Below, one piece after another: positions 25,973 to 37,054 of a DNA stretch of 63,136 bases. Positions within the stretch are counted from its first letter, which is position 1. Each line of letters opens with the position of its first letter. A program made the translations under genes and the position numbers. The DNA lies in contig CAMVHP010000002.1 of NCBI GenBank assembly GCA_947167315.1, forward strand, positions 1-63,136, written 5' to 3'. The notes beneath the pieces were generated by a model. It saw nothing but the letters and a program-made list of their open reading frames with translations, searched no databases and was not told where the DNA came from. Source of the stretch: an uncultured Rickettsiales bacterium (GTDB lineage: Bacteria; Pseudomonadota; Alphaproteobacteria; Rickettsiales; UBA1997).

Positions 25973-27358
25973 ATGTCTAATACACATATTTTTGAAAAAA
26001 ACATACTTAAACAATATGATATAAGAGGAGTTGTCGGTAAGACAGTAAATGAAGTTGACGCATATTTTGTAGGAAAAAGCTACGGAACACTTTTAATAAG
26101 AAAATACAATAAACACAACTGTGTGGTTGGCTATGATGGCAGACACACATCTCCTGAATATGCAAAAAACGTAATAAAAGGACTGATGGAATGTGGAATT
26201 GACGTTGTAAACATAGGCTTAGTACCAACACCGGTGGTATATTTTGCGATACACCATCTAAAAAAGGATGCGGGAATTATAATTACAGCATCTCATAATC
26301 CACCGGAATATAATGGTTTTAAAATGCTAACGAATGAACAACCGGTTTTTGGTGAAGACGTACAACAACTTGGTGTATATGCTAAAAATGGAGATTTTGA
26401 AATTAAAGATGGCGCTAAGTGTGAGGAAAAAGATGTTAGAAATGATTACTTTGATTTCATAGCTAGTAGAATACACAGTGGTAAAAGAAAACTTAAAATT
26501 ATGTGGGATGCTGGAAATGGAGCTGTTGCTAGCATTTTAAAGGATATAGTTAAGAGGTTCCCTGGGGAACATATAACAATGTGCGATGTTGTGGATGGAA
26601 ATTTCCCAAATCACCACCCAGATCCATCAATAGAAAAAAATATGGAGATGTTAAAAAGTGCCGTGGTAAAAAACAACTGTGATTTTGGAGTAGGTTTTGA
26701 TGGCGACGGTGATAGAATAGGTGTTGTGGATAGTGAAGGTTTTCTACTGTATGGGGATCAACTGTTGGCGATTTTGGCAAGAGACTTTCTAAAGGATAAC
26801 CCAGGTGAAAAGGTAATGTCAGAGGTCAAAGCAAGTAAAGTGTTGTATGATGATGTAAAGGCACATGGTGGTGTTGGTGTTATGTGGAAAGCTGGACATT
26901 CCGCTCAAAAGTCAAAGATGACAAGTGATAACATAAAACTTGCTGGAGAAACAAGTGGACACATGTATTTTGGTGACAACCATAACTATGATGATGCCAT
27001 GTATGCTGCAGTAAAGTTGATGAGTTTTGTATCTAATAGTGATAAAACAATAGCAGAAATCAGAAAATCTTTTCCAAAAACATATTCCACAAGCGAAATA
27101 AGAGTTGAGGTTGGGGATGATAGAAAGTTTGAAATTATCAAAGAGATAGTCGAAAGAATGAAAAAAGACGGTAGAACTTTCGTGGATGTTGATGGAATAA
27201 GGGTTGAGACTAAGGATGGCTGGTGGTTGGCTAGAGGTTCAAATACTCAACCTGATATAACCACAAGATGCGAAGCCTTGGCAGCGGAAGGATTAGAGGA
27301 ATGTAAAAATGATTTAAGGAAACAACTGAACCTCAGCGGTTGTGATATAGTTTTCTAG
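25973..27358 (+). CDS. phosphomannomutase/phosphoglucomutase (alpha-D-phosphohexomutase)
   Basis: TASHNPPEYNGFK (phosphoserine loop), GFDGDGDR (metal loop), GETSGH (sugar loop). 461 aa. Confidence 0.85.
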   Translation: MSNTHIFEKNILKQYDIRGVVGKTVNEVDAYFVGKSYGTLLIRKYNKHNCVVGYDGRHTSPEYAKNVIKGLMECGIDVVNIGLVPTPVVYFAIHHLKKDAGIIITASHNPPEYNGFKMLTNEQPVFGEDVQQLGVYAKNGDFEIKDGAKCEEKDVRNDYFDFIASRIHSGKRKLKIMWDAGNGAVASILKDIVKRFPGEHITMCDVVDGNFPNHHPDPSIEKNMEMLKSAVVKNNCDFGVGFDGDGDRIGVVDSEGFLLYGDQLLAILARDFLKDNPGEKVMSEVKASKVLYDDVKAHGGVGVMWKAGHSAQKSKMTSDNIKLAGETSGHMYFGDNHNYDDAMYAAVKLMSFVSNSDKTIAEIRKSFPKTYSTSEIRVEVGDDRKFEIIKEIVERMKKDGRTFVDVDGIRVETKDGWWLARGSNTQPDITTRCEALAAEGLEECKNDLRKQLNLSGCDIVF

Positions 27359-27370
27359 CGATTGATATTA

Positions 27371-27399
27371 GCAGTAAAGATATTTTCTTTACTGCTTTT
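27371..27399 (+). terminator. Rho-independent terminator
   Basis: gcagtaaaga (27371-27380) pairs with tctttactgc (27386-27395) around a 5-nt loop and is followed by TTTT. It lies 13 nt after the stop at 27358. Confidence 0.65.
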
Positions 27400-27482
27400 A
27401 AAATTACTTTGCAGGTAATATAAATACATTCAAGTTTAGAGATCTGTAGATGATATAAATAAAAACAAAGGACTATAGGGTC

Positions 27483-28166
27483 ATGGAGCAAAGTGGATGG
27501 TTAAATGTAAATAAACCCGTAAACTATACATCAACAAAGGTTGTTGCCATTATAAAACGTATAACAAAAGCAAAGAAAGTTGGACACGGTGGAACACTAG
27601 ATCCATTGGCAAGTGGAGTACTGCCAATTTGTATAAATAAGGCAACAAAACAGGTTGAATCAATGATGAACCACAGTAAAACATATCTTTTTCACCTGAC
27701 ATTTGGCGAACTGAGAGATACAGGTGATGCGGAGGGTGTTATTTTAGAAAAAAATGACTTTGTGCCAACTGTTGACGATATTAAAAACGTTTTGCCTAGT
27801 TTTGTTGGAACTATAAAACAGACTCCTCCAGTTTACTCCGCCATAAAAGTTGAAGGAAAGAGGGCTTGTGATTTGGTTAGAGATGGTAAAAAGGTTGAAT
27901 TGGAAGCCAGAGATATAGTTATAAATGATTTGCAATTTAATGGTTTTGTTGAGGATAAAACTGCGGAATTTGTGGTGGATTGCGGAAGAGGATGTTACGT
28001 TAGAAGTTTAGGTGTTGATATTGCTAAAAGTCTTGGTGCTGTGGCTTATGTCTCTAAAATAATCAGAAGCAGGGTTGGTAACTTTAGAATTGAAAATGCT
28101 ATAAATATTGAAGATTTAAATAACGACGCCTATGAAGTGTTACTAAACAATTTGATTACGGTTTGA
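27483..28166 (+). CDS. truB: tRNA pseudouridine(55) synthase
   Basis: GWLNVNKP...VGHGGTLDPLASGVLPICI (catalytic Asp motif), PPVYSAIKVEGKRA. Short form, 227 aa. Confidence 0.88.
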   Translation: MEQSGWLNVNKPVNYTSTKVVAIIKRITKAKKVGHGGTLDPLASGVLPICINKATKQVESMMNHSKTYLFHLTFGELRDTGDAEGVILEKNDFVPTVDDIKNVLPSFVGTIKQTPPVYSAIKVEGKRACDLVRDGKKVELEARDIVINDLQFNGFVEDKTAEFVVDCGRGCYVRSLGVDIAKSLGAVAYVSKIIRSRVGNFRIENAINIEDLNNDAYEVLLNNLITV

Positions 28167-28246
28167 GTAACATATCATCAATAAATTTCCATTGCTTTTT
28201 TATAAGATATCAATATAATTTAGAACCGTAAAACAATAAATTAATA

Positions 28247-29107
28247 ATGCCAAAAAAACACATAGACTTTACAGATTATTTCTTGTCTCACACAAGAATG
28301 GTTCAGGATGGCATGATGGTATTGGAAAACAATATTGATAAATTAGAAGAGATTATAAATGTAAAGGACTTTGATTTATTTAAGAGATCAATGGCTCATG
28401 ACACAGATAAATTAACTAAAGGATTAATAGAAAACTACATTAAAATAAGTGAATATCATTACAACAAGCGAAATAATTTACCTAATAACATTGACATAAA
28501 TAGAATTTTAGACAAAAGGGAAAAACACTACAGTAACCAAAGACATCATTTTTATATGAATAGCATAGAGCCAAATGATGTTGATATATGTGAAATGTGT
28601 TGTGATGTAAATGCTGTTGCCATAAAATCGAATGAAAAAGATAATATGGTTTATTTTAATGATGTTATGATACATGAGTATCCGAAAATATTAAAATACA
28701 AAGATAAGATATTAACCATATTGAGCATTTTGCAACAGGAAAATAACGATGTAAATACTGATAAGTCAAGATTTATGACCACCGTAGTTACTACATTAAG
28801 AAAAATACAGGATAATAGGTTAACACTAGAAAAGAATTTTGATTTGTTGAGTGATCCTTTTGAGGAATGGAGTTTATTTAGGGATGGTTTTAAATTGGAT
28901 GTGGATAATATCAATAAAAATATAAACAGTGATACAAACGACTTTGAAGGTACCTACAACAACGTATTAAACTACTATTATGAGAATGGTAAAAACAAAT
29001 ATGAGTTGTACTGTGAAGCCTTTGCTAATGAATATTTATATAATAAATATAAAGACAACGACGGTTTTAATGATGAAATTAAGCTAATGCAAAAGCTATT
29101 GGGTTAA
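28247..29107 (+). CDS. hypothetical protein (possible HD-like/DUF5662-type, unverified)
   Basis: 286-aa ORF. SMAHDTDKLTKGLIENY and HYSNQRHHF recall the HDxSK ... NxHH pattern of DUF5662-type proteins. No firm assignment. Confidence 0.45.
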   Translation: MPKKHIDFTDYFLSHTRMVQDGMMVLENNIDKLEEIINVKDFDLFKRSMAHDTDKLTKGLIENYIKISEYHYNKRNNLPNNIDINRILDKREKHYSNQRHHFYMNSIEPNDVDICEMCCDVNAVAIKSNEKDNMVYFNDVMIHEYPKILKYKDKILTILSILQQENNDVNTDKSRFMTTVVTTLRKIQDNRLTLEKNFDLLSDPFEEWSLFRDGFKLDVDNINKNINSDTNDFEGTYNNVLNYYYENGKNKYELYCEAFANEYLYNKYKDNDGFNDEIKLMQKLLG

Positions 29108-30888
29108 TGTAAAATTACATCCTCCACTATAAACTGAATGTTGTTTAAATTCATCCATTTGTTTATGGATAATGTGCCTATTAGATCACATTTTGTTCCA
29201 ACTTTTTCCAATACATTTAGAATTGTGTCACTCTCACCTATTCTAAATATATTTACTATCAAACTATTTTGTACACTTGTAATTCCATCGTGTCCGACTA
29301 TACATCTTAAGTGTTCCTTATTTCTACCAAATTTCTTTTTACTAATAACAACCACATCCTTTAAGATAATTACTGGTTTAGTATTATCTGTTCCGAATGG
29401 ACCAAGATTTTCCAGTTCAGTCACAAGTTTATCATTAATGGCATTACAATCCAACAGTAAATCAGCATATTTTTCATTTTTTTGTAGATATATTTCCAAT
29501 TTTGGTTTTATGTTATCCTCCATAAATTTTTTGATTTCATCAAGTTTTTCTACATCAAAGGTGAAACCGCCGGCCATCGCATGACCACCACCACTCAGAA
29601 GTAAATTTTGTTCCTTTGCCTTTATTATAACTGATCCAATATCTATACTTTTATCCACTGATCTGCAGGAAGCCTTTCCAACTTTATTGTCCATAGATAG
29701 TACAAAAACCGGCCTATTGTATTTATCTTTTATTCTTGAAGCTATTATTCCTATTACACCCTCATGCCAATTATCACCGTGGATAAATATAACGGTATCG
29801 TTATACAACTTGTTTTTTTCTATTTTTTCTATTGCCTTAGTTAGTATATCTTTTTCAATTATTTGTCTTTCCACATTGAATTTATTTAGCTGTTCTGCTA
29901 AGTATTTTGCTTCATATTTATTTTCACAGGATAAAAGTTTATTTCCTATACTAACGTCTCCAACTCTGCCACAGGCATTTATTCTTGGTCCCAAAACATA
30001 GCCCAAATGGTATGTGTCATTGACTTCCTTAAGTTCCATCAGATCCGATAGAACAGCGAGTCCGACATTGGTTCTTTGTTTAAATACTTCTAATCCCTGC
30101 TTCACAAATGCTCGATTTATGTTTACCAGAGGCATAACATCACACACCGTACCCAATGCCACTAAGTCTAAGTAATATAATAAGTTTTTTTCCCTCAGAT
30201 TATGTTCTTCATAGTAATGTTTATTCCTTAGATATGTATTTAATGCTATACATACTATGAAGGCAACGCCAACTCCAGCTAAATATTTATATTCAGATTC
30301 TTCATCCAATCTATTTGGATTTACAACAGCTTTTGCTCTGGGTATTTCCACTGGACCAAGATGGTGATCTGTTATCACAACGTCAATACCTATACTGTTG
30401 GCAAATTCAACAGCGTCATAGGATGATATACCACAGTCAACTGTAATTATTAGCTCAACATTTTTTTCCTTTAGTTTTTCTATGGCTTGCTCATTCAAGC
30501 CATAGCCGTCTTCTATTCTGTCGGGAACATATACTTCAACGTCTATCTGTAGATTTCTAAAAAATTTAACCATTAGAGCGGTTGCTGTAGCTCCGTCCAC
30601 ATCATAATCACCAAAAATACATATTTTTTTGTGTTTAACTATTGCATCATATATTACAACAACAGCTTTTTCCATGTCCAACAGATGATATGGATCTTTC
30701 ATTAGGTTTTTTATTTTTGGATCTAGGTAGTTGCCTACATCCTCTAAATTTATATTTTTTATTGCCAATAGACGACTCACAACTTCAGAAACATTAAATT
30801 TTTGAAAAATTGTTAGTGCTTTTTTATCGTCGTACTCCTTTATGTTCCAAAAATAGCCGTTTACTGACTTTTTGTCTTTAAATTTCAT
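29104..30888 (-). CDS. recJ: single-stranded-DNA-specific exonuclease RecJ
   Basis: 594 aa. DHH motifs: IFGDYDVDGATA, ITVDCG, VVITDHH, GGGHAMAGG. Confidence 0.92.
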   Translation of the reverse strand: MKFKDKKSVNGYFWNIKEYDDKKALTIFQKFNVSEVVSRLLAIKNINLEDVGNYLDPKIKNLMKDPYHLLDMEKAVVVIYDAIVKHKKICIFGDYDVDGATATALMVKFFRNLQIDVEVYVPDRIEDGYGLNEQAIEKLKEKNVELIITVDCGISSYDAVEFANSIGIDVVITDHHLGPVEIPRAKAVVNPNRLDEESEYKYLAGVGVAFIVCIALNTYLRNKHYYEEHNLREKNLLYYLDLVALGTVCDVMPLVNINRAFVKQGLEVFKQRTNVGLAVLSDLMELKEVNDTYHLGYVLGPRINACGRVGDVSIGNKLLSCENKYEAKYLAEQLNKFNVERQIIEKDILTKAIEKIEKNKLYNDTVIFIHGDNWHEGVIGIIASRIKDKYNRPVFVLSMDNKVGKASCRSVDKSIDIGSVIIKAKEQNLLLSGGGHAMAGGFTFDVEKLDEIKKFMEDNIKPKLEIYLQKNEKYADLLLDCNAINDKLVTELENLGPFGTDNTKPVIILKDVVVISKKKFGRNKEHLRCIVGHDGITSVQNSLIVNIFRIGESDTILNVLEKVGTKCDLIGTLSINKWMNLNNIQFIVEDVILH

Positions 30889-31019
30889 GCAAAACTATAC
30901 ATTTGTTACCGTAATGATAAGTTAGTATAAAAAAAAATCAAGAAATAATTGATTGAGTATTATTTCATTGACAAAATAAAACTGTAGTATATCATCCGGT
31001 TAGATTATTGATTGTAATT

Positions 31020-31856
31020 ATGAAACTGCAAATTTTCAAAAATATTTTTAAAAGTCTACTGTTTTTTTTAAAACATATTCTACTTTTTGTAATACTAAAT
31101 AGTATTTTATATTATTTGTTTAATTCATTTTTTTATGGTATATTGAACAATTTTTTTGGTGCACAACTAAATACAAGGATAGGTAATGATTATATAACGT
31201 CATCGGTCATATTTTACATTTTTTTAATGATAACAAAAATAATAATAAAACTTTCATTTTATACAATAGCTATAAATAATGATATTGAAGATATAGGAAA
31301 TGACATAACAATATATTTAGGTGATTTTGTTAGCAATATTTTGTATATTTTTTTGTCTGGATATACTTTTGTGATATTTGGAGTTATTCTTGTAATAATA
31401 CCAATACTGCCACCATTTTACCTAAATTTCTGTTGTTTCTTTATGATGTATACCATTTCCAAAAGAAAATCTGGTTCTGATGAGAGGTATAAAGCGGTGG
31501 AAGCTATCTCTAAAAGTTTTTCGATAACAAACGGTAGTAGAATTAAAATAATGTTTTTTAATACAATAATTATGGTATCGTGTGTTTTAGGTATATATTT
31601 TATGCCGGAACGAGTTGTGGTACATGGTTTGGATATTTCTTATATATTGGAATTACTAATTGTTGACTTTTTGTTGGTGTACATAATAAGAACAGGTTTT
31701 GATTTGGATAAAATTGAAAACGATAAGGTTGATCAAATTATTAATAAGGAGCTTAATAATAGTATGGATATGTTAGCGGCTACTACTAACGCTAAAATTG
31801 GTAAAACTCTATTAAAGGCGGATAATTTAGCAAAGGTCAAGAAAAAGCGTAAATAA
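31020..31856 (+). CDS. hypothetical polytopic membrane protein
   Basis: Long ORF with 5-6 hydrophobic segments and a basic C-terminal tail. ATG 31020 is preferred over TTG 31008. Confidence 0.5.
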   Translation: MKLQIFKNIFKSLLFFLKHILLFVILNSILYYLFNSFFYGILNNFFGAQLNTRIGNDYITSSVIFYIFLMITKIIIKLSFYTIAINNDIEDIGNDITIYLGDFVSNILYIFLSGYTFVIFGVILVIIPILPPFYLNFCCFFMMYTISKRKSGSDERYKAVEAISKSFSITNGSRIKIMFFNTIIMVSCVLGIYFMPERVVVHGLDISYILELLIVDFLLVYIIRTGFDLDKIENDKVDQIINKELNNSMDMLAATTNAKIGKTLLKADNLAKVKKKRK

Positions 31857-31871
31857 GAGGAGAAAAATAAA

Positions 31872-32669
31872 ATGTTTGATTTTCTTATTGACAGTCACTG
31901 TCATTTTAAACTGATGGAGGAGGAGGGGCTAGCTATTGAAGATGTTGTGAATTTAGCGAAAAAAAATGGAATAAAGGTTTTAAATAACATCTGCACTAAA
32001 ATTGATGAAGTGGAAGAAGTGATACAAATGTCAAGTTTGTATGATAATGTTTTTTGTAGTGTTGGTCATCATCCGGAGGAGGTGAATAATAAAGTGGCAA
32101 CCTCTGACGAACTGCTTGTATATACAAACAATCCAAAGGTTGTTGCCATAGGTGAGAGTGGTTTAGATTATCACTATGATGGCTATGATAAGAGTAAGCA
32201 AAAACAAAATTTTGAGGCACACATAGAGACTTCAAGAAAATCGCATTTACCACTGGTTATACATTCCAGAGATGCTGATTCAGATATGATCGATATTCTG
32301 AAAAGCGAAATGAAAAATGGTGCTTTTGAATTTGTGTTGCACTGTTTTTCTTCGGGTAAAGAATTGGCATATACGGGACTTGATTTAGGTGGATATATAT
32401 CTTTTTCTGGTATTGTTACATTCGGAAAGGCTACAGATTTACAAAATATAGCCAGAACTGTACCCATAAATAGGATAATTGTAGAGACTGATTCGCCGTT
32501 TTTGGTACCAACACCATTTAGAGGAAAGGTGAAGGTAAATCAGCCGATGTATGTTAAAAATACTGCAGAATTTTTAGCTTCCCTGTTTGGTATAGATTTT
32601 CTTGATGTTTGTGATATTACCACAAATAATTGTTTAAGATTATTTAGTAAAATGAAAATTAGTCAATAA
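31872..32669 (+). CDS. TatD-family metal-dependent hydrolase
   Basis: IDSHCHF, GESGLDYHY, LPLVIHSRDA, ETDSPFL. Confidence 0.88.
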   Translation: MFDFLIDSHCHFKLMEEEGLAIEDVVNLAKKNGIKVLNNICTKIDEVEEVIQMSSLYDNVFCSVGHHPEEVNNKVATSDELLVYTNNPKVVAIGESGLDYHYDGYDKSKQKQNFEAHIETSRKSHLPLVIHSRDADSDMIDILKSEMKNGAFEFVLHCFSSGKELAYTGLDLGGYISFSGIVTFGKATDLQNIARTVPINRIIVETDSPFLVPTPFRGKVKVNQPMYVKNTAEFLASLFGIDFLDVCDITTNNCLRLFSKMKISQ

Positions 32670-33315
32670 TTTTCCATTCTAAAAAACTACTTTGTCTGCC
32701 TTCGGTTATTGCCTTCTGCTGATACTTTGTTTTAACCCACCAAGAGGGTTCCTGTTTTGTATTACTAATTAGTGAAAATGAGTGGTTATTACCAACTTTT
32801 TCCAAACTCCAGTCAACGTAACTATCTATATCACTTGCGAAAAATAATGTTCCACCAGTTTTTATTTTTTTTGATAACAGAATTAAAAAATCATCACCTA
32901 TTATTCTTCTTTTGTTTTGCTTTTTTTTAGGCCATGGATCCGGAAATAATATAAACACCTTGTCCAACACTTTATCCGGTAACGCTTCTAACAGAAGTCT
33001 AGCATCCCCATTAAATATACGTATATTTTCAATATTGTGTTGCTCCATTAAATTAAGTAAATTTAATACCCCCTTTGTGTAGGTTTCGCAACCAATATAG
33101 TTCACACTTTTAGTTTGTGGTGCTCTTTCGGCAATGCTTTCGCCATAGCCAAAACCTATTTCTAGGTAATTTGTGCCGTTGATATCAATGTTATTGATAT
33201 CAAAAGAGTACTTTGTTAATTTTTCATTCAGTTTATTTTTTACGTTTTCGTCAACACCACGACCATTTATCCTGCCAAAACTTCTAATATTTTTTTTGTT
33301 ATCTAATATAGGCAT
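32659..33315 (-). CDS. trmB: tRNA (guanine46-N7)-methyltransferase
   Basis: LEIGFGYGE (SAM motif), FPDPWPKKKQNKRR. 218 aa. Confidence 0.88.
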   Translation of the reverse strand: MPILDNKKNIRSFGRINGRGVDENVKNKLNEKLTKYSFDINNIDINGTNYLEIGFGYGESIAERAPQTKSVNYIGCETYTKGVLNLLNLMEQHNIENIRIFNGDARLLLEALPDKVLDKVFILFPDPWPKKKQNKRRIIGDDFLILLSKKIKTGGTLFFASDIDSYVDWSLEKVGNNHSFSLISNTKQEPSWWVKTKYQQKAITEGRQSSFLEWKIID

Positions 33316-34027
33316 ATATGATTGAAAAAATTAATAAATGTATAAAATATAATTCCAGTGAAAATCTTGATAGTATCATCAAAATAGTATTATTTTTGTT
33401 GTAGGTTTTGAATGAAAAATTATACAGCAATATGTATGTTAACACAATAAGTATAAGCAAAACTATTGAGTTTATAAGATTAAAATTAAAGTGAATTGTT
33501 TGATATATGTAGTACATTATAAATATTAGTGGTGCTGTGACTTTATCTTTTGGTGTTTTTATTTTATAGTTAAAAATTCTACCACACAGGATTAAAAACC
33601 AAAAGATTGCTCCGTATTCCAGAAATATATTTGTAAAGCCAGACAAAAGAAGGGTTATTGCACATATAAGCAAAAAAAATACATAATCATTTTTATATAT
33701 CTCTTCAATTTTATCCAATAGGTAGTACGATATGTAAAAATTGAACAACACATTTAATGGTAATGGATCATTTTCAATTAGGAGTTGAACGAATATAAAC
33801 AATAAAACGGCATAGATTAATATTCTATTATTATTGCTACTTTTTTTCCTGTTAAAACCATGTAAAACAGCAAAAATTATCATAGATGTTCTTCCGATTA
33901 CTCTCAATAATCTTGCGCTTGGTAAGAAGTAATAGCCGACATGGTCTATTACCATTAGGATAAAGGCTAAAGATTTATATATGTCATAGGTATTTAAATT
34001 ACCGTACTTTTTTAGTTTATCAAACAT
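33299..34027 (-). CDS. TraX-family membrane protein
   Basis: The N-terminal IYKSLAFILMVIDHVGYYF resembles the TraX signature (lK.iA...M.iDH.g). Polytopic, 242 aa. Confidence 0.5.
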   Translation of the reverse strand: MFDKLKKYGNLNTYDIYKSLAFILMVIDHVGYYFLPSARLLRVIGRTSMIIFAVLHGFNRKKSSNNNRILIYAVLLFIFVQLLIENDPLPLNVLFNFYISYYLLDKIEEIYKNDYVFFLLICAITLLLSGFTNIFLEYGAIFWFLILCGRIFNYKIKTPKDKVTAPLIFIMYYIYQTIHFNFNLINSIVLLILIVLTYILLYNFSFKTYNKNNTILMILSRFSLELYFIHLLIFSIIYAYIR

Positions 34028-34028
34028 T

Positions 34029-34877
34029 TTAATTAATGTTTTCCATTATTTCGTCTAGGATTAATGTGAAGTTGATCGAATTTTTGCATATACCATATGT
34101 TTCCTTAAATTTATCTCTATAATCACTGTTTTCTATTAATCTTATAACTTCAGTATAGTTTTTATATTTTATGTTTTTTTCAATATTGGTTATTAAAGCA
34201 TCTATTTTACTATTATCATTTTCATCATCGGTTATTTTTCTAATTTTGATATTGTCATCAATAAATGTTTTTAAAATATTTTGTTTTTGTTTGTTATTAT
34301 CTCTATTATTAATTGTTAATAATTGTTTATATTCCTCCTTAAAGACATCTATAATATTTACATCTTTTTCATCTGGTATTTTATATGCTTCTAACCTTAT
34401 TACAATGTCATATAATTGATTATCATTTTTTGTTAATGACTTAAGATATTCAAATTCATCAACAAAATCTTTATTCTCGCTGTGTAATCTATATATTTTG
34501 TATATTGTTGCCATTATTTGTAGATCCTTAGTGTTCTGAACCGGAGTTTTATTTCCAACTTTTATAATTTCTTCTTTGAGACTATTAACTTCTTCGTATA
34601 GTGTTAGCATCTCATTTCTTAAATAATTTAGCTCGTTTCTTAGCCCTTCAATTTTTAGGTTATTTTCCTCTCGGTATAGTGTGTCATCATTATTTATTTT
34701 TACTTGCTCTACACTAGTATTGCTTTTGTTGTTGAATTTAACTGTTGTTATCTTGTGTATTTTACCAATATTTTTGTAACCAAATAATGATATTGTTAAT
34801 AGAATCAATACAAAAATGATTCTTACAACCGTTTTCTTGTTTATTAAATCCTTAATTTTATTTAATTTCATATTCAA
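34029..34877 (-). CDS. hypothetical membrane-anchored coiled-coil protein
   Basis: N-terminal TM segment (VVRIIFVLILLTISLFGY) followed by heptad-rich Asn/Lys/Glu sequence. Adjacent to the TraX-like gene with a 1-nt gap. Confidence 0.5.
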   Translation of the reverse strand: MNMKLNKIKDLINKKTVVRIIFVLILLTISLFGYKNIGKIHKITTVKFNNKSNTSVEQVKINNDDTLYREENNLKIEGLRNELNYLRNEMLTLYEEVNSLKEEIIKVGNKTPVQNTKDLQIMATIYKIYRLHSENKDFVDEFEYLKSLTKNDNQLYDIVIRLEAYKIPDEKDVNIIDVFKEEYKQLLTINNRDNNKQKQNILKTFIDDNIKIRKITDDENDNSKIDALITNIEKNIKYKNYTEVIRLIENSDYRDKFKETYGICKNSINFTLILDEIMENIN

Positions 34878-35068
34878 AATTTTTTAACATCCAACATATT
34901 TTTAATATTTTTTATTTAATTTCAATATTTTTTGTGGATACATTTTCCATAGTGTTTAGTTAAATGCTTTTTTAATGTAATGTTAATGTAAATTCTGTCA
35001 AGATTATAATAATTTCCTTGTTATTTTTAAATTAAAAAGTAAAATCATGTCATAAAAAAATATAAAAT

Positions 35069-37054
35069 ATGAAGTATATGAACAACGAAGAATTAAAATT
35101 AATGGCAAATGCCATAAGGTGTTTATCTCTTGACGCTGTAGCAAAGGCGAATTCTGGACATCCGGGATTACCGTTGGGTTTCGCTGATGTTGCAACGGTA
35201 CTATTTAGTGAATATTTGAAATTTTTACCGCAAAAACCAAATTGGGCCGACAGAGATAGATTTGTATTATCTGCTGGTCATGGTTCAATGCTGTTGTATT
35301 CTTTGTTGTATCTTACTGGTTACGAAGATTGTTCTTTAGAACAAATTAAAAATTTTAGACAACTACACTCTAAAACTGCTGGACATCCAGAATATGGCTA
35401 TCTAAATGGTATTGAAACCACGACGGGACCTTTGGGTCAAGGTGTGTCAAGCGCTGTTGGTATGGCTATTGCCGAGAAGCATCTAAAGGCAAGATTTAAT
35501 GATAAAATGGTAAACCACAAAATCTACTGTGTAGTTGGCGACGGTTGTCTTATGGAAGGTATAAGTTATGAAGCGCTGTCAATAGCCGGCAATTTGAAAC
35601 TGAACAACTTGGTTGTGCTTTGGGATAACAATGAAATTACCATAGATGGTAGCACTAGTATTACTAGAAATGAAAACATGAAGATGAGGATGGAATCAAT
35701 TGATTTTAAATATCTTGAGGCTGATGGACATGATTATGATTCCATTAAAACGGCTTTAACTGAAGCACAAAATAGTGATAAACCTGTATTTATATCTTTT
35801 AGAACAAAAATAGGTTATGGTTCACCGAAGGAATGCACCAATAAATGTCATGGTTCTCCAATACTTGGGGATGATTTGATAGCCACCAAAAAGAATATTG
35901 GTTGTGAAGGGTGGGGTGATTTTGAAATTCCAGAAAATGTGTTGAATTTATGGAGAAATGTAGCGAAAAGAAATGAAACAAAGTTTACCGAATGGAAAAA
36001 TAATGCTGAGAATGATGAGAAATTTGTTGAATTTTCAAGAGTTATAAAAAATGAATTGCCAGAGAATTGGAAAGAAAGATTGGAAAAATATAAGGAAGAA
36101 ATAATTAAAGAGAAGCCAAAAGAGGCCACAAGAAAGTCGTCGCAAAAGGCTCTGGAAATTTTAACCAGAAACATAGAAGAATTGGTTGGTGGTAGTGCAG
36201 ACTTGACCGGATCGGTTTTAACACAGACGGAAGCTACTAAAAAAGTTTTGAATGCTGAGAATTATGATGGCCGATATATAAACTATGGTATCAGAGAACA
36301 TGCTATGGCTGGTATAATGAATGGATTGGTATTGCATGGTGGTGTTATTCCCTATGCCGGAACATTCTGTTGTTTTGCTGACTACGAAAAACCATCTATA
36401 AGGTTGTCTGCGTTGATGAAATTACAAGTTTTATACATACTAACACACGATAGCATAGGACTTGGTGAAGATGGACCAACACATCAACCGGTTGAACATT
36501 TGGCTAGCTTAAGAGCAATTCCTAACCTAAATGTATTTAGACCGGCGGATCTGCAGGAAACAATCGATTGCTATGAAATAGCCATGGAGGAAAAGCATAC
36601 TCCGTCAGCCCTAATATTTTCAAGACAATCAGTACCATTTATAGATGACAAACCTGTTGAAAATATGGTTAAAAAAGGTGCTTATGTTTTAAGAGAAAAC
36701 GAAAATGCTAAAGTAACTCTGATAGCAACAGGTACAGAAGTTTCTCTAGCTCTTCAGGTTCAGGAGGAGTTGAGAAATAACAATATAGAGGCAAGAGTGG
36801 TTTCTGCTCCCTGTTTAGATATATTCGATAGACAACTAAAAACCTACAAGGATAAGGTGTTGGGCAAAAATACTTTAAGGGTTGCTATAGAGGCCGGTTC
36901 ATCCTATGGTTGGGATAGATACATTGGTGAAAATGGTTTGTTCTTTGGAATAAAGGACGACAAATTTGGTATATCTGCTCCAGCTGAAAAAGTTTATGAA
37001 TATTTTGGTTTAACAAAAGAGAATATAGTTAAGGTTATAAAAGTTAGTTTATAA
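35069..37054 (+). CDS. tkt: transketolase
   Basis: SGHPG, GPLGQG, GDGCLMEGISYEA, THDSIGLGEDGPTHQP. 661 aa. Confidence 0.95.
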   Translation: MKYMNNEELKLMANAIRCLSLDAVAKANSGHPGLPLGFADVATVLFSEYLKFLPQKPNWADRDRFVLSAGHGSMLLYSLLYLTGYEDCSLEQIKNFRQLHSKTAGHPEYGYLNGIETTTGPLGQGVSSAVGMAIAEKHLKARFNDKMVNHKIYCVVGDGCLMEGISYEALSIAGNLKLNNLVVLWDNNEITIDGSTSITRNENMKMRMESIDFKYLEADGHDYDSIKTALTEAQNSDKPVFISFRTKIGYGSPKECTNKCHGSPILGDDLIATKKNIGCEGWGDFEIPENVLNLWRNVAKRNETKFTEWKNNAENDEKFVEFSRVIKNELPENWKERLEKYKEEIIKEKPKEATRKSSQKALEILTRNIEELVGGSADLTGSVLTQTEATKKVLNAENYDGRYINYGIREHAMAGIMNGLVLHGGVIPYAGTFCCFADYEKPSIRLSALMKLQVLYILTHDSIGLGEDGPTHQPVEHLASLRAIPNLNVFRPADLQETIDCYEIAMEEKHTPSALIFSRQSVPFIDDKPVENMVKKGAYVLRENENAKVTLIATGTEVSLALQVQEELRNNNIEARVVSAPCLDIFDRQLKTYKDKVLGKNTLRVAIEAGSSYGWDRYIGENGLFFGIKDDKFGISAPAEKVYEYFGLTKENIVKVIKVSL

